DNA of 64,000 bases from Tannerellaceae bacterium (GCA_051660585.1 JBOFPV010000136.1:16177-80176); one strand, 5' to 3'. Positions 37,934-47,609 are shown, counted from the first letter of the stretch. Translations and numbers: made by a program. The notes: a model not told the origin generated them from the sequence alone.

Positions 37934-39202
37934 ATGAAAGCTTTAATGTTTGGCTGGGAGTTTCCGCCACATATATTAGGCGGGCTTGGAACAGCCAGTT
38001 ATGGACTAACCAAAGGAATGGCAAAGCAGGATGATATGGAAATCCGTTTTGTAATACCTAAACCTTGGGGAGACGAAGACAAAAGCTTCTTGAATATACT
38101 TGGGGCATGTAATACTCCAATTGTATGGAAGGATGTTGATTATGACTATGTAGCCCACAGATTGGGTAAATATATGGATCCGGAAGAATACTTCAAGTTG
38201 AGAGAACATATTTACGCTGACTTCTCATACCGTTATACCAATGAGCTTGGATGTGTTGAGTTTTCGGGTAGATACCCCGACAACCTTCTTGAAGAAATCA
38301 ATAATTACTCAATTGTTGCCGGAGTAATTGCACGAACGTACGACTGTGATGTGATTCATTCACATGACTGGCTTACGTATCCTGCGGGTATTCACGCCAA
38401 GAAGGTAACAGGTAAGCCATTAGTGGTGCATGTGCATGCTACAGACTTTGACCGAAGTAGAGGAAATGTGAATCCAACAGTTTACGGGATTGAGAAAGAT
38501 GGAATGGATAATGCCGATCATATTATTACAGTTAGTGATCTTACCCGTCGCACTGTAATTGAAAAGTACCATCAAGACCCCTCAAAAGTAACCACCGTAC
38601 ACAACGCAGTAGAACCAATGAGTCCTGAAATGCTCGCCATAGAGTCAAAGAAAGGAACAAAAGATAAAGTGATTACGTTTCTTGGGCGTATCACAATGCA
38701 AAAAGGACCTGAATATTTTGTAGAAGCCGCGGCAAAGGTGCTTCAAAAAGCAGAAAATGTCCGTTTTGTTATGGCCGGAAGCGGAGATATGATGGATAAA
38801 ATGATACAGTTGGCAGCAAAGCGAAATATTTCTGATAAGTTTCATTTTACAGGATTTCTAAAAGGGAAGCAAGTATATGAAATGCTGAAAAGTAGCGACG
38901 TTTATGTAATGCCTTCGGTATCCGAGCCATTTGGTATTTCACCACTTGAGGCAATGCAATGCGGTATCCCAACCATCATTTCAAAGCAGTCGGGATGCGC
39001 AGAGATTCTCGACCATGCAATCAAAGTAGACTATTGGGATATTGAAGCCATGGCCGATGCAATGTATTCGATTATCACTTATCCTGCAATGGCTCAATTC
39101 TTGCAAGATGAAGGAAAACGAGAAGTCGACGAAATTAAATGGGAGTATGCAGGAATGAAAGTGCGTGCGATCTATGATAAAATCATCAAATCAAGAGAAT
39201 AG
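37934..39202 (+). CDS. Glycosyltransferase family 4 (glycogen-synthase-like)
   Basis: N-terminal GGLGTA and C-terminal MPSVSEPFGISPLEAM (E-x7-E). Confidence 0.75.
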   Translation: MKALMFGWEFPPHILGGLGTASYGLTKGMAKQDDMEIRFVIPKPWGDEDKSFLNILGACNTPIVWKDVDYDYVAHRLGKYMDPEEYFKLREHIYADFSYRYTNELGCVEFSGRYPDNLLEEINNYSIVAGVIARTYDCDVIHSHDWLTYPAGIHAKKVTGKPLVVHVHATDFDRSRGNVNPTVYGIEKDGMDNADHIITVSDLTRRTVIEKYHQDPSKVTTVHNAVEPMSPEMLAIESKKGTKDKVITFLGRITMQKGPEYFVEAAAKVLQKAENVRFVMAGSGDMMDKMIQLAAKRNISDKFHFTGFLKGKQVYEMLKSSDVYVMPSVSEPFGISPLEAMQCGIPTIISKQSGCAEILDHAIKVDYWDIEAMADAMYSIITYPAMAQFLQDEGKREVDEIKWEYAGMKVRAIYDKIIKSRE

Positions 39203-39216
39203 AAAGAATAGATATT

Positions 39217-40515
39217 ATGAAGACAATTTGTTTTTATTTCCAAATACATCAACCTTTTCGATTGAAGAGATATAGATTCTTTGATATTGGAAATGACCAC
39301 TACTATTATGACGATTTTAGCAATGAAGATGTAATACGTCGTATTGCTGAGAGTTGTTATCTTCCAGCGAATCAGTTGATGCTTGAAATGATTCAAGCAA
39401 GTGATAAGCAATTTAAAGTAGCTTATTCAATATCTGGGTTGGCATTGGAGCAACTAGAGATTTACGTTCCTGAGGTAATTGATAGCTTTAAAGAGCTTGC
39501 AAAAACAGGATGTGTAGAATTCTTGTCAGAGACATATGCACACTCATTGTCATCACTTGTAGATGTAGAGGAATTTAAACTGCAAGTAGAAGCTCATAGC
39601 AAAAAGATAGAATCCTTGTTTGGGAAGAAGCCTCGCGTATTTAGAAATACAGAGCTTATTTACGATGACGACATAGCCTTACTTCTGAATGAGATGGGTT
39701 ATAGAGGAGTCATTACCGAAGGGGCAAAGCACATCCTAGGATGGAAGAGTCCTAATTATGTATACGCATCATCGGTAGTTCCGAAGTTGCATTTGTTGAT
39801 GAGGAATCCGCGCTTCTGCGAAGACTTGTCGGCACGTTTCGGCAATTACAATTGGAGCGAGTATCCGCTTACCGCAGACAAATACATGTCATGGATTGCC
39901 AATACTCCACAGGAGGAAGAGGTAATCAATCTGTTTATGAACTACGAAACGTTGGGTTCATTACAACCAGCCGAAACCGGAATCTTTGATTTCTTCAGAG
40001 CACTTCCTCGTTATGCCGAGCAATATGATATAAAGTTTGCCACTCCGTCGGAGGTATTTGCAAGCCATAAACCTGTAGGACATCTTTCGGCCGCATATCC
40101 GATTTCATGGGTTGATGAAGAACGAGATACGAGCTCATGGATGGGAAATATCCTGCAACAAGAGGCATTCCGCAAATTATATGAGATTGGCGAGCGTGTA
40201 CGTTTGTGCAACGATCGTCGTATCAAGCAAGACTGGTTGTATTTGCAAAGCAGTGATCACTTCTATTATATGAATACAAAACTATTGAAAGATCCATTTG
40301 GCCGTGCTTTTAGTCCGTACGATACACCATACGATGCTTTCAATAATTATATGAACATACTATCCGACTTTATTACGAGAGTTGATGCCCAATACCCGTC
40401 AACCATTGAAAACGAAGAGCTAAACTCTTTGCTTACAACAATACGTAATCAAGGTCAGGAGATTGAGCGTTTGAGAAATGAAATGACAAAACTTCGCAAA
40501 CGTAGTGTGAAGTAA
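39217..40515 (+). CDS. Glycoside hydrolase family 57 protein
   Basis: N-terminal ICFYFQIHQPFRLKRY and an ETYAHSL block typical of GH57. Confidence 0.75.
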   Translation: MKTICFYFQIHQPFRLKRYRFFDIGNDHYYYDDFSNEDVIRRIAESCYLPANQLMLEMIQASDKQFKVAYSISGLALEQLEIYVPEVIDSFKELAKTGCVEFLSETYAHSLSSLVDVEEFKLQVEAHSKKIESLFGKKPRVFRNTELIYDDDIALLLNEMGYRGVITEGAKHILGWKSPNYVYASSVVPKLHLLMRNPRFCEDLSARFGNYNWSEYPLTADKYMSWIANTPQEEEVINLFMNYETLGSLQPAETGIFDFFRALPRYAEQYDIKFATPSEVFASHKPVGHLSAAYPISWVDEERDTSSWMGNILQQEAFRKLYEIGERVRLCNDRRIKQDWLYLQSSDHFYYMNTKLLKDPFGRAFSPYDTPYDAFNNYMNILSDFITRVDAQYPSTIENEELNSLLTTIRNQGQEIERLRNEMTKLRKRSVK

Positions 40516-40541
40516 GATAATTATCTGTTTATATTGTTATG

Positions 40542-40605
40542 AAAGAATCCTTGTGCTCGGGTTTGTTCTGTTCTTAGAACTCTCAGACAAGGATTCTTTT
40601 GTTTT
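40542..40605 (+). terminator. Long-stem terminator after the GH57 gene
   Basis: aaagaatccttgt ... acaaggattcttt (13 bp) followed by ttgtttt. Confidence 0.65.
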
Positions 40606-40625
40606 CAAAAGTGTTGAAATATGTT

Positions 40626-41498
40626 ATGAAAAAATACATACTGATGTTCGGTTTTATATCCATGTCGATGTTTGCCATGGCTCAAGGAAGAGTGGTAAAC
40701 TTATTTCCTCAAGGAGCTCCTAATGAGACAACTGTTTTGGTAGAAGGCGGTTCGAGTCAAGGAGCAACAGTAGGAGGGCAATCTGTATTGCGCGTAGAAA
40801 ATGTTTCCAGTCCTCAAATAGCCATTTATCCGGCGAAGAATAAATCGGAAAAGAATCCGGTCATGTTGATTTGTCCCGGTGGTGGATATAATATCTTGGC
40901 ATATGATTTGGAAGGGATAGAGGTTGCAGAATGGCTTAACACGTTAGGCTTTACGGCTGTACTTTTGAAGTATCGAGTACCCCGGCGCGAAGGCAGGCTC
41001 AAACACGAAGCAGCACTCGAAGACGTACAAGAAGCAATAAGCTACATTCGAAAGAATGCATCCATGCTACATGTCGATCCCGACAAGTTGGGAGTCATGG
41101 GGTTTTCGGCCGGCGCACACCTCAGTGTTATGGCGTCGAATGCATGGCAAGCCAAAGGCGATTCATCATCGAAACCCAATTATTGCCTGCTTGTATATCC
41201 GGCCTATTTAAACGACGAAGCAAATGCACTTCAACTAGCATCCGAAATCAATGTTTCGACCAATACGCCTCCAACCATGTTGGTGCAAACGCAAGATGAC
41301 ACCAACTTTATCGATAGCAGTTTGGCCTATTACTATGCATTGAAGCAGCAAAACGTTCCGGTCGAAATGCATCTTTATCCCAAGGGAGGGCATGGTTATG
41401 GTTTACGTAATACGGGAGCAGCAGTAAATGAGTGGCCCGATCGCGCAGCTTCATGGTTCAAAGAAATAGGAGTCTTATCAGCAGCATCACAAGAATAG
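40626..41498 (+). CDS. Secreted alpha/beta hydrolase (esterase/lipase)
   Basis: ATG at 40626 lies after the terminator. Signal peptide, GFSAGAH nucleophile elbow, and C-terminal GGHGYG. Confidence 0.75.
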   Translation: MKKYILMFGFISMSMFAMAQGRVVNLFPQGAPNETTVLVEGGSSQGATVGGQSVLRVENVSSPQIAIYPAKNKSEKNPVMLICPGGGYNILAYDLEGIEVAEWLNTLGFTAVLLKYRVPRREGRLKHEAALEDVQEAISYIRKNASMLHVDPDKLGVMGFSAGAHLSVMASNAWQAKGDSSSKPNYCLLVYPAYLNDEANALQLASEINVSTNTPPTMLVQTQDDTNFIDSSLAYYYALKQQNVPVEMHLYPKGGHGYGLRNTGAAVNEWPDRAASWFKEIGVLSAASQE

Positions 41499-41652
41499 AC
41501 AATGTGTCCATGAGAACTTCAGGCACTTTTGTTGCCCATTCTTTTTGTTAATAAATAGAATTGGAGTGTATGAAACGTTATTTTTAGTAGAATACACTCT
41601 CTTTCTACAATAAAAAAAGACGGAAGACTGTTTGATACATAGAAATTGTTTG

Positions 41653-41660
41653 TAAATTTG
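41653..41660 (+). promoter_or_regulatory. Candidate -7 box (TAnnTTTG) for ssrA
   Basis: taaatttg ends 13 nt before the mature tmRNA 5' end. Confidence 0.45.
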
Positions 41661-41673
41661 TAAGACAAACTAC

Positions 41674-42070
41674 GGGGTTGACTGGTTTTGACAGCGGGCA
41701 GAAGTGGTTTGTAAGCATGTAGTGCTTTGTAGCCTGGCACTTAAATCTCAGACTTCAAAATTTTAACTGGCGAAAATAATTACGCTCTTGCTGCTTAATC
41801 GAATCATAGTAGATTAGTGCTTAATCTCCGCAACAGTTGTGGAGACAAGACATCACCCGGATGCTGTTGCTCCGAAGCTTTCCGACCCGGTGGTGCAATA
41901 ATATCGGAGATAGCTTGAGGCTCTCCTCGTGCCGATAGCGAAACTTAAGAGGATACGGTAGAAGTTGGTGGCTTCGGTCTTGCTTTTATCCGACAATTAA
42001 GGCGAAGATAAACATGTAGAAAGCAAATTAATTCCTCGTTTGGACGGGAGTTCGATTCTCCCCAGCTCCA
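41674..42070 (+). ncRNA. ssrA: tmRNA (SsrA), tag peptide GENNYALAA
   Basis: 5' GGGGUUG pairs with 3' CAGCUCC-A, including the G3:U70 alanine identity pair. T-arm is GGGAGTTCGATTCTCCC. The tag reading frame ggc gaa aat aat tac gct ctt gct gct taa lies at 41769-41798. Confidence 0.92.
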
Positions 42071-42073
42071 CAC

Positions 42074-42113
42074 AGCGTTATAAGTAAATGGCTTATAGCG
42101 CTTCTTTGTTTTT
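42074..42113 (+). terminator. Terminator after ssrA
   Basis: agcgttataag-taaatgg-cttatagcgct followed by tctttgttttt. Confidence 0.7.
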
Positions 42114-42258
42114 AGGAATTTTCCTTCGAAGACTCTTCTTGTATTCCCGTTGAGGCGGAATAGGAGAGGTGCTGATACAACAATGGCTTTGCAAGATTCT
42201 CAAGTGTTGGTAATACGGTTATTACTTGCTCTCTAGAACGTGCAAAGCCATTCTTTAT

Positions 42259-42777
42259 TTAGTCTACATCAACAATATCCAATGTAATAGTATACTCTGT
42301 GTCGGTATTACCTGCAATCAAAGCATCCTTCATTCCCGGTTTATACTGCAACTCATACTCATCACAAAGCTCTTCAAAGTAATCAAAGGCATCGTCATAA
42401 TCAGAGAAATGCATCACAAGATCATGTACATTACTTGCCGATTTGTTGTGATGTACCTTTACTTCATACGTTTTATAAGCAGCAGCATCTACCTCTTCAT
42501 CATCGATAATGGTAGATAACACATCGATTGCTATTTGTTTTGCTTGGTCGATGTTATCGGCATGATAGTCGATACTAAAGCCATCTTTATTTGTAACACG
42601 TGTGATAAACAAGTCGTCCGTCACTTCGTAGATTCGTGCAAACCCTTCGTCTTCATATCCAAGATCGTCAGACGATAGATGACTTACCTCTTTGGTGAGA
42701 AACGCATCTAGTTCGGGACCGATGTGATGATCAGAACCTCTAAAAATCGCCATCACTTTGTCTTTGTTTGTATTCAT
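42259..42777 (-). CDS. Hypothetical, strongly acidic cytoplasmic protein
   Basis: 172-aa ORF with no signal peptide or TM segment and very rich in D/E. I recognise no motif. Confidence 0.5.
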   Translation of the reverse strand: MNTNKDKVMAIFRGSDHHIGPELDAFLTKEVSHLSSDDLGYEDEGFARIYEVTDDLFITRVTNKDGFSIDYHADNIDQAKQIAIDVLSTIIDDEEVDAAAYKTYEVKVHHNKSASNVHDLVMHFSDYDDAFDYFEELCDEYELQYKPGMKDALIAGNTDTEYTITLDIVDVD

Positions 42778-42874
42778 AGTGTAATCATTTTAATAATCGA
42801 GATATTATCTACAAAACAACTACACCTATGGATATGATTGCGCCAAGGGGTTAAACAGTACTAATAAATAGAAC

Positions 42875-43792
42875 TTAGCGACCTTTTTTTAGAGTTGCAT
42901 TCACCAGCATGTCGATTCTACGCTTCAGCTGTTTGGATAGAATTACCAGCGTAACTGCGGCAATAATCAAAACAATACCCATAAACTGCGAAACAGAAAA
43001 CGGCTCGGCAAAGACAAAGATACCTACCGTAACGGCCGTAACAGGTTCCATCGAGCCAAGTATCGCAGTCGTAGTCGAGCCTACGCGTTTGATTGCTTCG
43101 ATCAAGGCAAGATTCGAGATCAGTGTTGGCACCAGCGCAAGGAAGAATAAATTCACCCCCGACGAAACCGAAGGGATAGCCGTCCATGTACCTTTACTCA
43201 TCGTGAAGATAAAGAAAAGAGCCGATGCCCCTAGGGTTACGTAAAATGTAAGTAAAAGGCCATTCATTGTTTGCACCTTCGATTTGTTTACGCCCACAAT
43301 ATAAATAGCATAGGTAAATACGGTAACGAGCACCATTAAAACACCTTTCAAGGCAATGTTGCCACCACCTTCGCCCATACTCAACAACGCTACGCCGGCA
43401 ATAGCCCCAACGATAGCAATCAAGGTAAAGAGCGAGAATTGTTCGCCAAAGAAAGTTACCATCAGTGTGGTTACCACAATGGGAAACAAAAAGTGTATTG
43501 TTGTAGCCACGCCGCTCGGAATGTATTCGTACGACATGATCAAGAAGAAAGCTGTGATACAAAATATACCAACCAGAAATGCAAGCGAAGGAATCTGGCT
43601 ACGCTCTACTTTAAAACTTTGTTTTCTTGCCAAAAGCATTCCGCCCACAAGAACTGCCGTAATGAAATAACGATAAAACAGCAAACACTCAACACTCATA
43701 CCTGTTTCGAGCACAGGTATCGAAAACAAAGGAATCAGGCCAAATGTAGAAGAGGCAATGATTCCCAATAAATATCCCCAAACGTTTTTCAT
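42875..43792 (-). CDS. EamA/DMT-superfamily transporter
   Basis: About 10 TM segments in two EamA-like halves. ATG at 43792 is preferred over TTG at 43816. Confidence 0.75.
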   Translation of the reverse strand: MKNVWGYLLGIIASSTFGLIPLFSIPVLETGMSVECLLFYRYFITAVLVGGMLLARKQSFKVERSQIPSLAFLVGIFCITAFFLIMSYEYIPSGVATTIHFLFPIVVTTLMVTFFGEQFSLFTLIAIVGAIAGVALLSMGEGGGNIALKGVLMVLVTVFTYAIYIVGVNKSKVQTMNGLLLTFYVTLGASALFFIFTMSKGTWTAIPSVSSGVNLFFLALVPTLISNLALIEAIKRVGSTTTAILGSMEPVTAVTVGIFVFAEPFSVSQFMGIVLIIAAVTLVILSKQLKRRIDMLVNATLKKGR

Positions 43793-44117
43793 ATTTAAAT
43801 AAAAATTTCGTTGCAAAGATCCGCTTTAATTATTTATATAACAAACAAGCCAAGAGGTATCGGGCAAGCGTTTTCATCTATTTGATAATATTTATAGTGT
43901 GTTTCGAATTTTAAAATAAGTACTCCGTGTAAAGAGGTTTTATAAGCTTGTAGAGCAGGTAAAAGGTTGATATCTATGATGTATTGTGTTGTTTAAGGAA
44001 AAGATTTTAAAACTTTTGGTCTTTGAAATGAGTTTTTTATATACCTTGTTCGTGATAAACTCACACGTTTGTCACTTCGATGATTTAGACAAATATAATC
44101 TAGAAAAACATATTGTT

Positions 44118-45101
44118 ATGAAAACTTTTAAAGCATTCAGGGTATTTGAAGAAGGCGACAAGTTTGTACGACGAGTAGTAGAGCGTCACATCAGTGAACT
44201 ACCCGACAACGATGTACTGATCAAAGTGCATTATTCGGGAGTAAACTACAAAGACGCCCTTTCGGCATCCGGCAACAAAGGCGTAACAAAAGTGTATCCG
44301 CATACTCCGGGCATAGATGCAGCCGGAGTTGTAGAAAGCGACCGCACCGGAACGTTTCAACCGGGAGTGAAAGTTGTGGTTATGGGATACGATTTGGGAA
44401 TGAACATATCGGGCGGATTTGGTGAATACATTTGCGTACCGGCCGAATGGGTGGTGCCGTTGCCTAAAAACTTCTCGCTAGAAGAAACCATGCTGCTTGG
44501 AACCAGTGGTTTTACTGCGGCAATCGGCGTGTATAAGTTGCGTCAGATGGGGCAAATGCCCGAATTAGGCCCCATGGTAGTAACGGGTGCAACCGGAGGT
44601 GTAGGCAGTTATGCCGTGCAGATACTATCAAAACTCGGCTACGAAGTATGGGCAGCATCGGGCAAAAGCGAAGACGAATACTTAAAGCTGCTGGGAGCGG
44701 CAAAAGTAATCAAGCGCGAAGAGGTAGACGATCACTCGGCTAAATACTTGTTGCGTCCGCGTTGGGCAGGAGCATTCGATACCGTAGGCGGAAACGTATT
44801 GCACACGTTGCTCAAAGCATGTGCTAAGTCGGGAAGTGTTGTTACCTGCGGCAATGTAGGAGGCGTTAAGCTTGATATGACTGTATTGCCTTTTATACTT
44901 AACGGAGTCAACCTGCTCGGTATTAATGCGGCCGATACTCCAATGGCAATGCGCCTTGCTATTTGGGATAAACTCTCTCACGGATGGAAGCCCGATCATT
45001 TAGCGAAGGTTGCGCACTACATTACGCTCGATCAGCTCGATGAGTCGATCAATCAAATGCTTCAAGGAAAACACAAAGGAAGATTTGTATTAAAATATTA
45101 A
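44118..45101 (+). CDS. YhdH/YhfP (AcuI)-type NADPH-dependent MDR oxidoreductase
   Basis: The internal ATG at 44118 gives MKTFKAFRV...VHYSGVNYKDALS...PHTPGIDAAG...VTGATGGVGS. The upstream 44 codons look non-coding. Confidence 0.8.
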   Translation: MKTFKAFRVFEEGDKFVRRVVERHISELPDNDVLIKVHYSGVNYKDALSASGNKGVTKVYPHTPGIDAAGVVESDRTGTFQPGVKVVVMGYDLGMNISGGFGEYICVPAEWVVPLPKNFSLEETMLLGTSGFTAAIGVYKLRQMGQMPELGPMVVTGATGGVGSYAVQILSKLGYEVWAASGKSEDEYLKLLGAAKVIKREEVDDHSAKYLLRPRWAGAFDTVGGNVLHTLLKACAKSGSVVTCGNVGGVKLDMTVLPFILNGVNLLGINAADTPMAMRLAIWDKLSHGWKPDHLAKVAHYITLDQLDESINQMLQGKHKGRFVLKY

Positions 45102-45212
45102 TTGATTATATTTGAGGGAGATAATCGTTTGCGGTATACGTAAGTACGGCTACGGTTATCTCCTTTTTCTTTTTCTTCGGCAATACCAGTTTAACATATA
45201 AATCTTGTACAA

Positions 45213-45881
45213 ATGAAAAATGCACTATTTATTATCCCGATTATCACCTTCGGGTATCTTGTTTTGACTTCTGAGAAACCTGCACCAAAATCAGAACCGT
45301 TGTTTACCACCAATCTTTCGAATGCCAGTTACGATCCTGCCGTGTGGAGTGTAGAGCCTGACGGTGTACTTACCGCTACTGCCGACAAAGAGATATGGAC
45401 CAACAAAGAATACGAAAACTTTACGCTCGATCTTGAGTTCAAGACCGACCACGGAACCAACAGTGGAGTGATCGTATACTGTACCGATCGGCAAAACTGG
45501 ATTCCCAACTCTGTAGAGATTCAAATAGCCGACGATCATTCCGAGAAGTGGGGAACATCTCCGACCTATTTTCAGTGCGGAGCCGTGTTTGGTCACCTTC
45601 CGGCAAAATGGCAAAAGGTAGTAAAGAAGCCGGGCGAATGGAATAAAATGACCATTACCTGCAAAGGCAAACTAATCACAGTACGACTAAACGGTCGCGA
45701 CGTTACCAAGATGGATATGAATATATGGAAATCGGGCACGAAGAATCCCGACGGCACCGAAATACCAAGCTGGTTGCCCAAACCATTTGCCGAGCTGCCT
45801 ACCAAAGGCTACATTGGTTTGCAAGGCAAGCATGGCGATTCGCAAATCTGGTTTCGCAATGTAACGATCAAAGAGCTGTAA
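45213..45881 (+). CDS. DUF1080 (3-keto-disaccharide hydrolase-like) secreted protein
   Basis: N-terminal hydrophobic anchor, NSGV..., GYIGLQGKHGDSQIWFRNVTIKEL, the typical DUF1080 C-terminus. Confidence 0.7.
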   Translation: MKNALFIIPIITFGYLVLTSEKPAPKSEPLFTTNLSNASYDPAVWSVEPDGVLTATADKEIWTNKEYENFTLDLEFKTDHGTNSGVIVYCTDRQNWIPNSVEIQIADDHSEKWGTSPTYFQCGAVFGHLPAKWQKVVKKPGEWNKMTITCKGKLITVRLNGRDVTKMDMNIWKSGTKNPDGTEIPSWLPKPFAELPTKGYIGLQGKHGDSQIWFRNVTIKEL

Positions 45882-45900
45882 TCAAACGGTTATAAAAGAA

Positions 45901-45941
45901 AAAGGACTTACGCTTCAGTAGCATAAGTCCTTTTTCTTTTT
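45901..45941. terminator. Hairpin terminator between convergent genes
   Basis: aaaggactta(c)gc-ttcagta-gc(a)taagtccttt followed by ttctttttt. Confidence 0.65.
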
Positions 45942-45988
45942 ATCGTAGATAAGTATTGTCGTTGTTGTAGGCAACAGCCTGCATTGTA

Positions 45989-47179
45989 TTAGAATGCTTC
46001 GGTCATATTAAAGTACAACAGCGTTTGCTTCTCCTTTGTACTGTAGCCCACATCCATGCGGAAGTTGAGGCGGGGTTGCACTTCGATGCGAAGCCCGGCA
46101 CCAATGTTGGGCAAAACGCCTTCGATCTTCACTGGATTAGGACCGATAAATCCGGCTCCCGCCCAAGTGGCAAAACCAAGTCGGTTGGCCAGTTTAGACC
46201 AAAAGCCTGTTTGATCCGTGTTGATCATGTGGCGGTATTCACCAAGGACAAAGTGTGCCGACTTGTCTCGGTATTGCCCCATGTAGTATCCGCGCAAGTC
46301 GAACGGAGACCCGGCCTTAGGCAATCGCGACAAAGGCACGTCGCCAAAACTATTTTTACTATTTACCGTCCAGGCCAATGTGCGGCGTTTACCGAGCGAT
46401 TTGTACTGGCGATAATCGATGTTCATAATACCATAGTTGAAGTCACTCCCCAAAGCTTTCGCCGAATATCCGGTGGTGAAATCAAAGTAAAGCCCTTTGC
46501 TCGCATTGGCAGGCATGTCGCGCGTATCGTACGAAAGCGAAGCTCCCCAAGTAATATTAAACGAAGACAATCCGGTAGAGTCGCCTCCTTGTTTTCTATA
46601 GTAAGGGTCGTTGATTACCCCTTGCGATGGCTTGGTGATTTTGTCGTACACCATGTCGATGTTGGGACCTGCAAAGAAATGCGAATCTTTGAGGCGGAAT
46701 AAAATTACAGGATTCACTTGTATGGTCGACGAGTAATAGAGCGTTGTGGTGTCACTACGGTGCAGACTGCCATTGTTTGCATAACCAACACCATAATAGT
46801 TGTCGCCCGTGTTTTTGTAAATATACTGTCCCATGATGCGAAAACGGTCGCCTTTGAAAAAAAGTTGAGGGCGAACGGTAAAGTTGACTCCGAATCCTTC
46901 GCCAAAGGTAAGGCCGAAAGCAACAGGCAATACACTGCGCAACATCGTGGTATCTTGCGGATTGGTGCGGAAGGTAAGCAAGGTGCTACCACCGATTACA
47001 AATCCAAAGTCGGGCGTATACCCCGGTCCGCCAAGGATACTAAACTTGAGATTTTTTTCTTTTTTAGGCGTTATCACTGTCGAATCGTTGCTGTTCTCTT
47101 GTGCAAAAACAGAGGTAGATAAGCCAACCAAAAGCAACGAAATCAAAATGTATCTCGAAAATGCTTTAATATTATTCAT
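45989..47179 (-). CDS. POTRA-less Omp85-like (Bac_surface_Ag) outer-membrane beta-barrel
   Basis: Signal peptide ending VFAQ, alternating beta-strand pattern, RGY motif region, and C-terminal ...FNMTEAF. Confidence 0.6.
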   Translation of the reverse strand: MNNIKAFSRYILISLLLVGLSTSVFAQENSNDSTVITPKKEKNLKFSILGGPGYTPDFGFVIGGSTLLTFRTNPQDTTMLRSVLPVAFGLTFGEGFGVNFTVRPQLFFKGDRFRIMGQYIYKNTGDNYYGVGYANNGSLHRSDTTTLYYSSTIQVNPVILFRLKDSHFFAGPNIDMVYDKITKPSQGVINDPYYRKQGGDSTGLSSFNITWGASLSYDTRDMPANASKGLYFDFTTGYSAKALGSDFNYGIMNIDYRQYKSLGKRRTLAWTVNSKNSFGDVPLSRLPKAGSPFDLRGYYMGQYRDKSAHFVLGEYRHMINTDQTGFWSKLANRLGFATWAGAGFIGPNPVKIEGVLPNIGAGLRIEVQPRLNFRMDVGYSTKEKQTLLYFNMTEAF

Positions 47180-47451
47180 ATTAAGGGATTAAAAGTGCTG
47201 CTGCTCATGAAATAAACAATCGGCACGTTAAAAAACAGATTGCGAAGGTAACTAAATAAACCAAAAGTAAAACAATGCAGTCCATTTAAGGCTATAAAAT
47301 GGAACGAAAAGGTGCTATTTCCTTGATATATAAAGGTTTTTGAAAGGGTGAAAAAGATTAATGAAAGCTGAGGCGGCATGAAGTGAAAACGAATCTTACG
47401 GTGATTGGATTTAGTTGTTGAGAGGTTTGAAATTCGTTCTCGTGAGTTTCG

Positions 47452-47609
47452 AATCGTCAGATCGCCATCTGACGATTCACTCTTCACTATAAACGAATCG
47501 TCAGATCGCCATCTGACGATTCGTTGTTCATTAGGTTTGAATTGTTTGATGCCCATCAAACGATTCACTCTTCACGGTGTTTAAATCGTTCGATGGGCAT
47601 CAAACGATT
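47452..47609 (-). repeat. Tandem array B: four 44-bp hairpin-plus-linker units, inverted relative to array A
   Basis: Hairpins lie at 47452-47477 and 47496-47521 (both aatcgtcaga-tcgcca-tctgacgatt), 47540-47565 (aattgtttgatg-cc-catcaaacgatt) and 47584-47609 (aatcgttcgatg-gg-catcaaacgatt). Linkers cactcttcactataaacg etc. are reverse complements of the array A linkers. Confidence 0.9.

Noticed and set aside
41519-41740. 73-aa ORF on the minus strand overlapping the 5' part of ssrA; also 42226-42519(+), antisense to the acidic protein gene
   Set aside because: The first overlaps a confidently identified tmRNA. The second is AT-rich, low-complexity and antisense to a better ORF.
41741-41760. Sigma-54 -24/-12 promoter (TGGCAC at about 41745)
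   Set aside because: No TTGC -12 element occurs at the correct spacing, and the site lies inside the tmRNA gene.
41674-43816. Genomic island integrated at the tmRNA gene
   Set aside because: No integrase or recombinase is present. I could not find a direct repeat of the ssrA 3' end (ggacgggagttcgattctcc...) elsewhere in the window. Downstream genes (EamA transporter, oxidoreductase) look ordinary. Only the acidic orphan is kept as a low-confidence finding.
46025-47192. Plus-strand ORFs 46025-46702, 46718-47122 and 46884-47192 opposite the Omp85-like gene, and the many ORFs opposite the GH2 gene (49157-50810)
   Set aside because: These are antisense or out-of-frame ORFs within relatively GC-rich coding sequence. 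The annotated strand has a signal peptide, catalytic motifs or a C-terminal beta-signal, and these frames have none.
47176-47568. 130-aa ORF on the minus strand (and 7709-7951, 80 aa) covering the hairpin arrays
   Set aside because: These ORFs read straight through 44-bp (non-triplet) tandem repeats and terminators. The sequence is low-complexity with no motif, and the ORFs overlap the start region of the Omp85-like gene.
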